A stretch of DNA of 64,000 nt from Curvularia clavata (lineage: Eukaryota), in assembly GCA_023920165.1 (NCBI GenBank), contig CP089276.1, positions 2,542,001 to 2,606,000 of the forward strand, given 5' to 3'. The notes beneath the pieces are model-generated. The model was not told the origin of the DNA and ran no database searches. It worked only from the letters and a program-made list of their open reading frames with translations. Made by a program: the position numbers and the translations under genes. This document shows, in pieces, positions 62,839 to 64,000 of the stretch (the first letter of the stretch is position 1; every line of letters begins with the position of its first letter).

Positions 62839-63894
62839 ATGTCCTCATCATCTGATTTCCAGGGCTGGGTCGCCCATGACCCCTCTGCCGCCGATGGCAA
62901 CATGAAATGGGGCGAATACACTCCCAAGAACTTCGAGTCCACCGACATTGAGATGGAAATTAGCCACTGCGGCGTCTGCGGCTCCGATATCCACACCCTC
63001 CGCTCCGGCTGGGGCCCCTCAGACTACCCTCTAGTCGTCGGTCACGAGATCATCGGCAAGGTTACCCGTGTTGGAGACGACGTCAAGGACCTCAAGGTCG
63101 GTGACCGCGTTGGTGTTGGTGCGCAGTCTGATTGCTGTGAGAGCTGCAGGCCTTGCAAGAGCAAGCAGGAGTCCAACTGCAACAGCTTTGTCATGACCTA
63201 CAATGCCAAGTACAAGTCTGGCGACAAGGCCCAGGGCGGTTACGCAAAGAAGTGGCGTGGTCCTGCTTCCTTTGCAATTCCCATCCCTGAGGGCCTTCCT
63301 TCCGAGTACGCTGCTCCTCTCATGTGCGGTGGTGTAACTGTCTACAACCCTCTCGTCACCTACGGCGCTGGCCCAGGAAAGCGCGTTGGTGTTGTTGGTA
63401 TTGGTGGTCTCGGTCACTTTGCTCTTCTTTTCGCAAAGGCCCTCGGCTGCGACGAAGTCGTCGCCATCTCGCGCTCCTCTTCCAAGAAGGCCGACGCCAT
63501 GGAGCTTGGTGCTGATAGATTCATCGCTACTGGCGAGGACCCCGAGTGGATGACCAAGAACGCCAATGGCCTCGACATCATCATTTCCACAATCTCTGGC
63601 GGTTTCGCTCTCGACCAGTACCTCAACCTCCTCGACGTCAACGGTACTTTCGTTCAGCTCGGTGCTCCCGATGACCCACTTCCCAGCTTCTCCCCCATGG
63701 GTTTGATCTTCAAGAACTTGAAGATTGCTGGCTCTCTCATTGGTACCAGGCAACACATTGCCGACATGCTGGAGTTGGCAAAGAAGACGAACCTCAAGGC
63801 TTGGGTCCAAGTCAGGCCCATGTCTGAGGCTAACGATGTTGTAGTCGACTTTGAGAAGGGTCTGCCCAGGTACCGCTATGTGCTCAAGAACTAA
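62839..63894 (+). CDS. NADP-dependent Zn alcohol dehydrogenase (ADH6/cinnamyl-alcohol dehydrogenase type)
   Basis: CGVCGSD, GHEIIG, structural Zn motif CxxCxxCx7C, GIGGLG, RYRYV; TATA at ~62704. Confidence 0.93.
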   Translation: MSSSSDFQGWVAHDPSAADGNMKWGEYTPKNFESTDIEMEISHCGVCGSDIHTLRSGWGPSDYPLVVGHEIIGKVTRVGDDVKDLKVGDRVGVGAQSDCCESCRPCKSKQESNCNSFVMTYNAKYKSGDKAQGGYAKKWRGPASFAIPIPEGLPSEYAAPLMCGGVTVYNPLVTYGAGPGKRVGVVGIGGLGHFALLFAKALGCDEVVAISRSSSKKADAMELGADRFIATGEDPEWMTKNANGLDIIISTISGGFALDQYLNLLDVNGTFVQLGAPDDPLPSFSPMGLIFKNLKIAGSLIGTRQHIADMLELAKKTNLKAWVQVRPMSEANDVVVDFEKGLPRYRYVLKN

Positions 63895-64000
63895 GTCGTT
63901 GGTGGAAGAATAGATACAAACAAAAACGATACCCTGTATTTGTAAAATAGATGACATGGCATGAATAAAACATTTAGTTTCAGAATCCATAGACTTCATT

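Noticed and set aside
63031..63999. 322-aa antisense ORF
   Set aside because: Shadow of the codon-biased ADH gene.

Overview
Intron-containing fungal DNA. It is a filamentous ascomycete; RIP-type decay, a HET gene, a CFEM/PTH11 receptor and a Fot1 transposon suggest a Dothideomycete-like genome (inference). Left to right: (1) a RIP-degraded repeat island with a 209-bp solo LTR and 5-bp TSD; (2) a four-gene oxidative cluster (DszA/NtaA-family monooxygenase, MDR reductase, UNC-93-like MFS, PTS2-bearing flavin monooxygenase); (3) PHO89 with a promoter dense in CACGTK and GCCAAG sites; (4) a C2H2+Zn2Cys6 TF, a divergent complex I PSST copy, a frameshifted BVMO and a CFEM receptor; (5) an intact Fot1/pogo transposon with 65-bp TIRs; (6) housekeeping genes RPE1, a methyltransferase-domain gene, LSM2, CIA2 and a Zn2Cys6 TF; (7) a candidate catabolic cluster for an unknown N-heterocycle (NAT permease with a remodelled binding site, amidohydrolase, Zn2Cys6 TF, 2OG-Fe dioxygenase); (8) PSO2, a HET gene and an NADP-ADH. 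The best leads are the NAT/deaminase/dioxygenase cluster, a 424-nt RPE1 intron that folds into a long nested rod hiding a cryptic splice donor, and the divergent PSST copy. Splice sites, alignments and RNA folds were read by eye, and reference sequences were recalled from memory; nothing was computed or searched.
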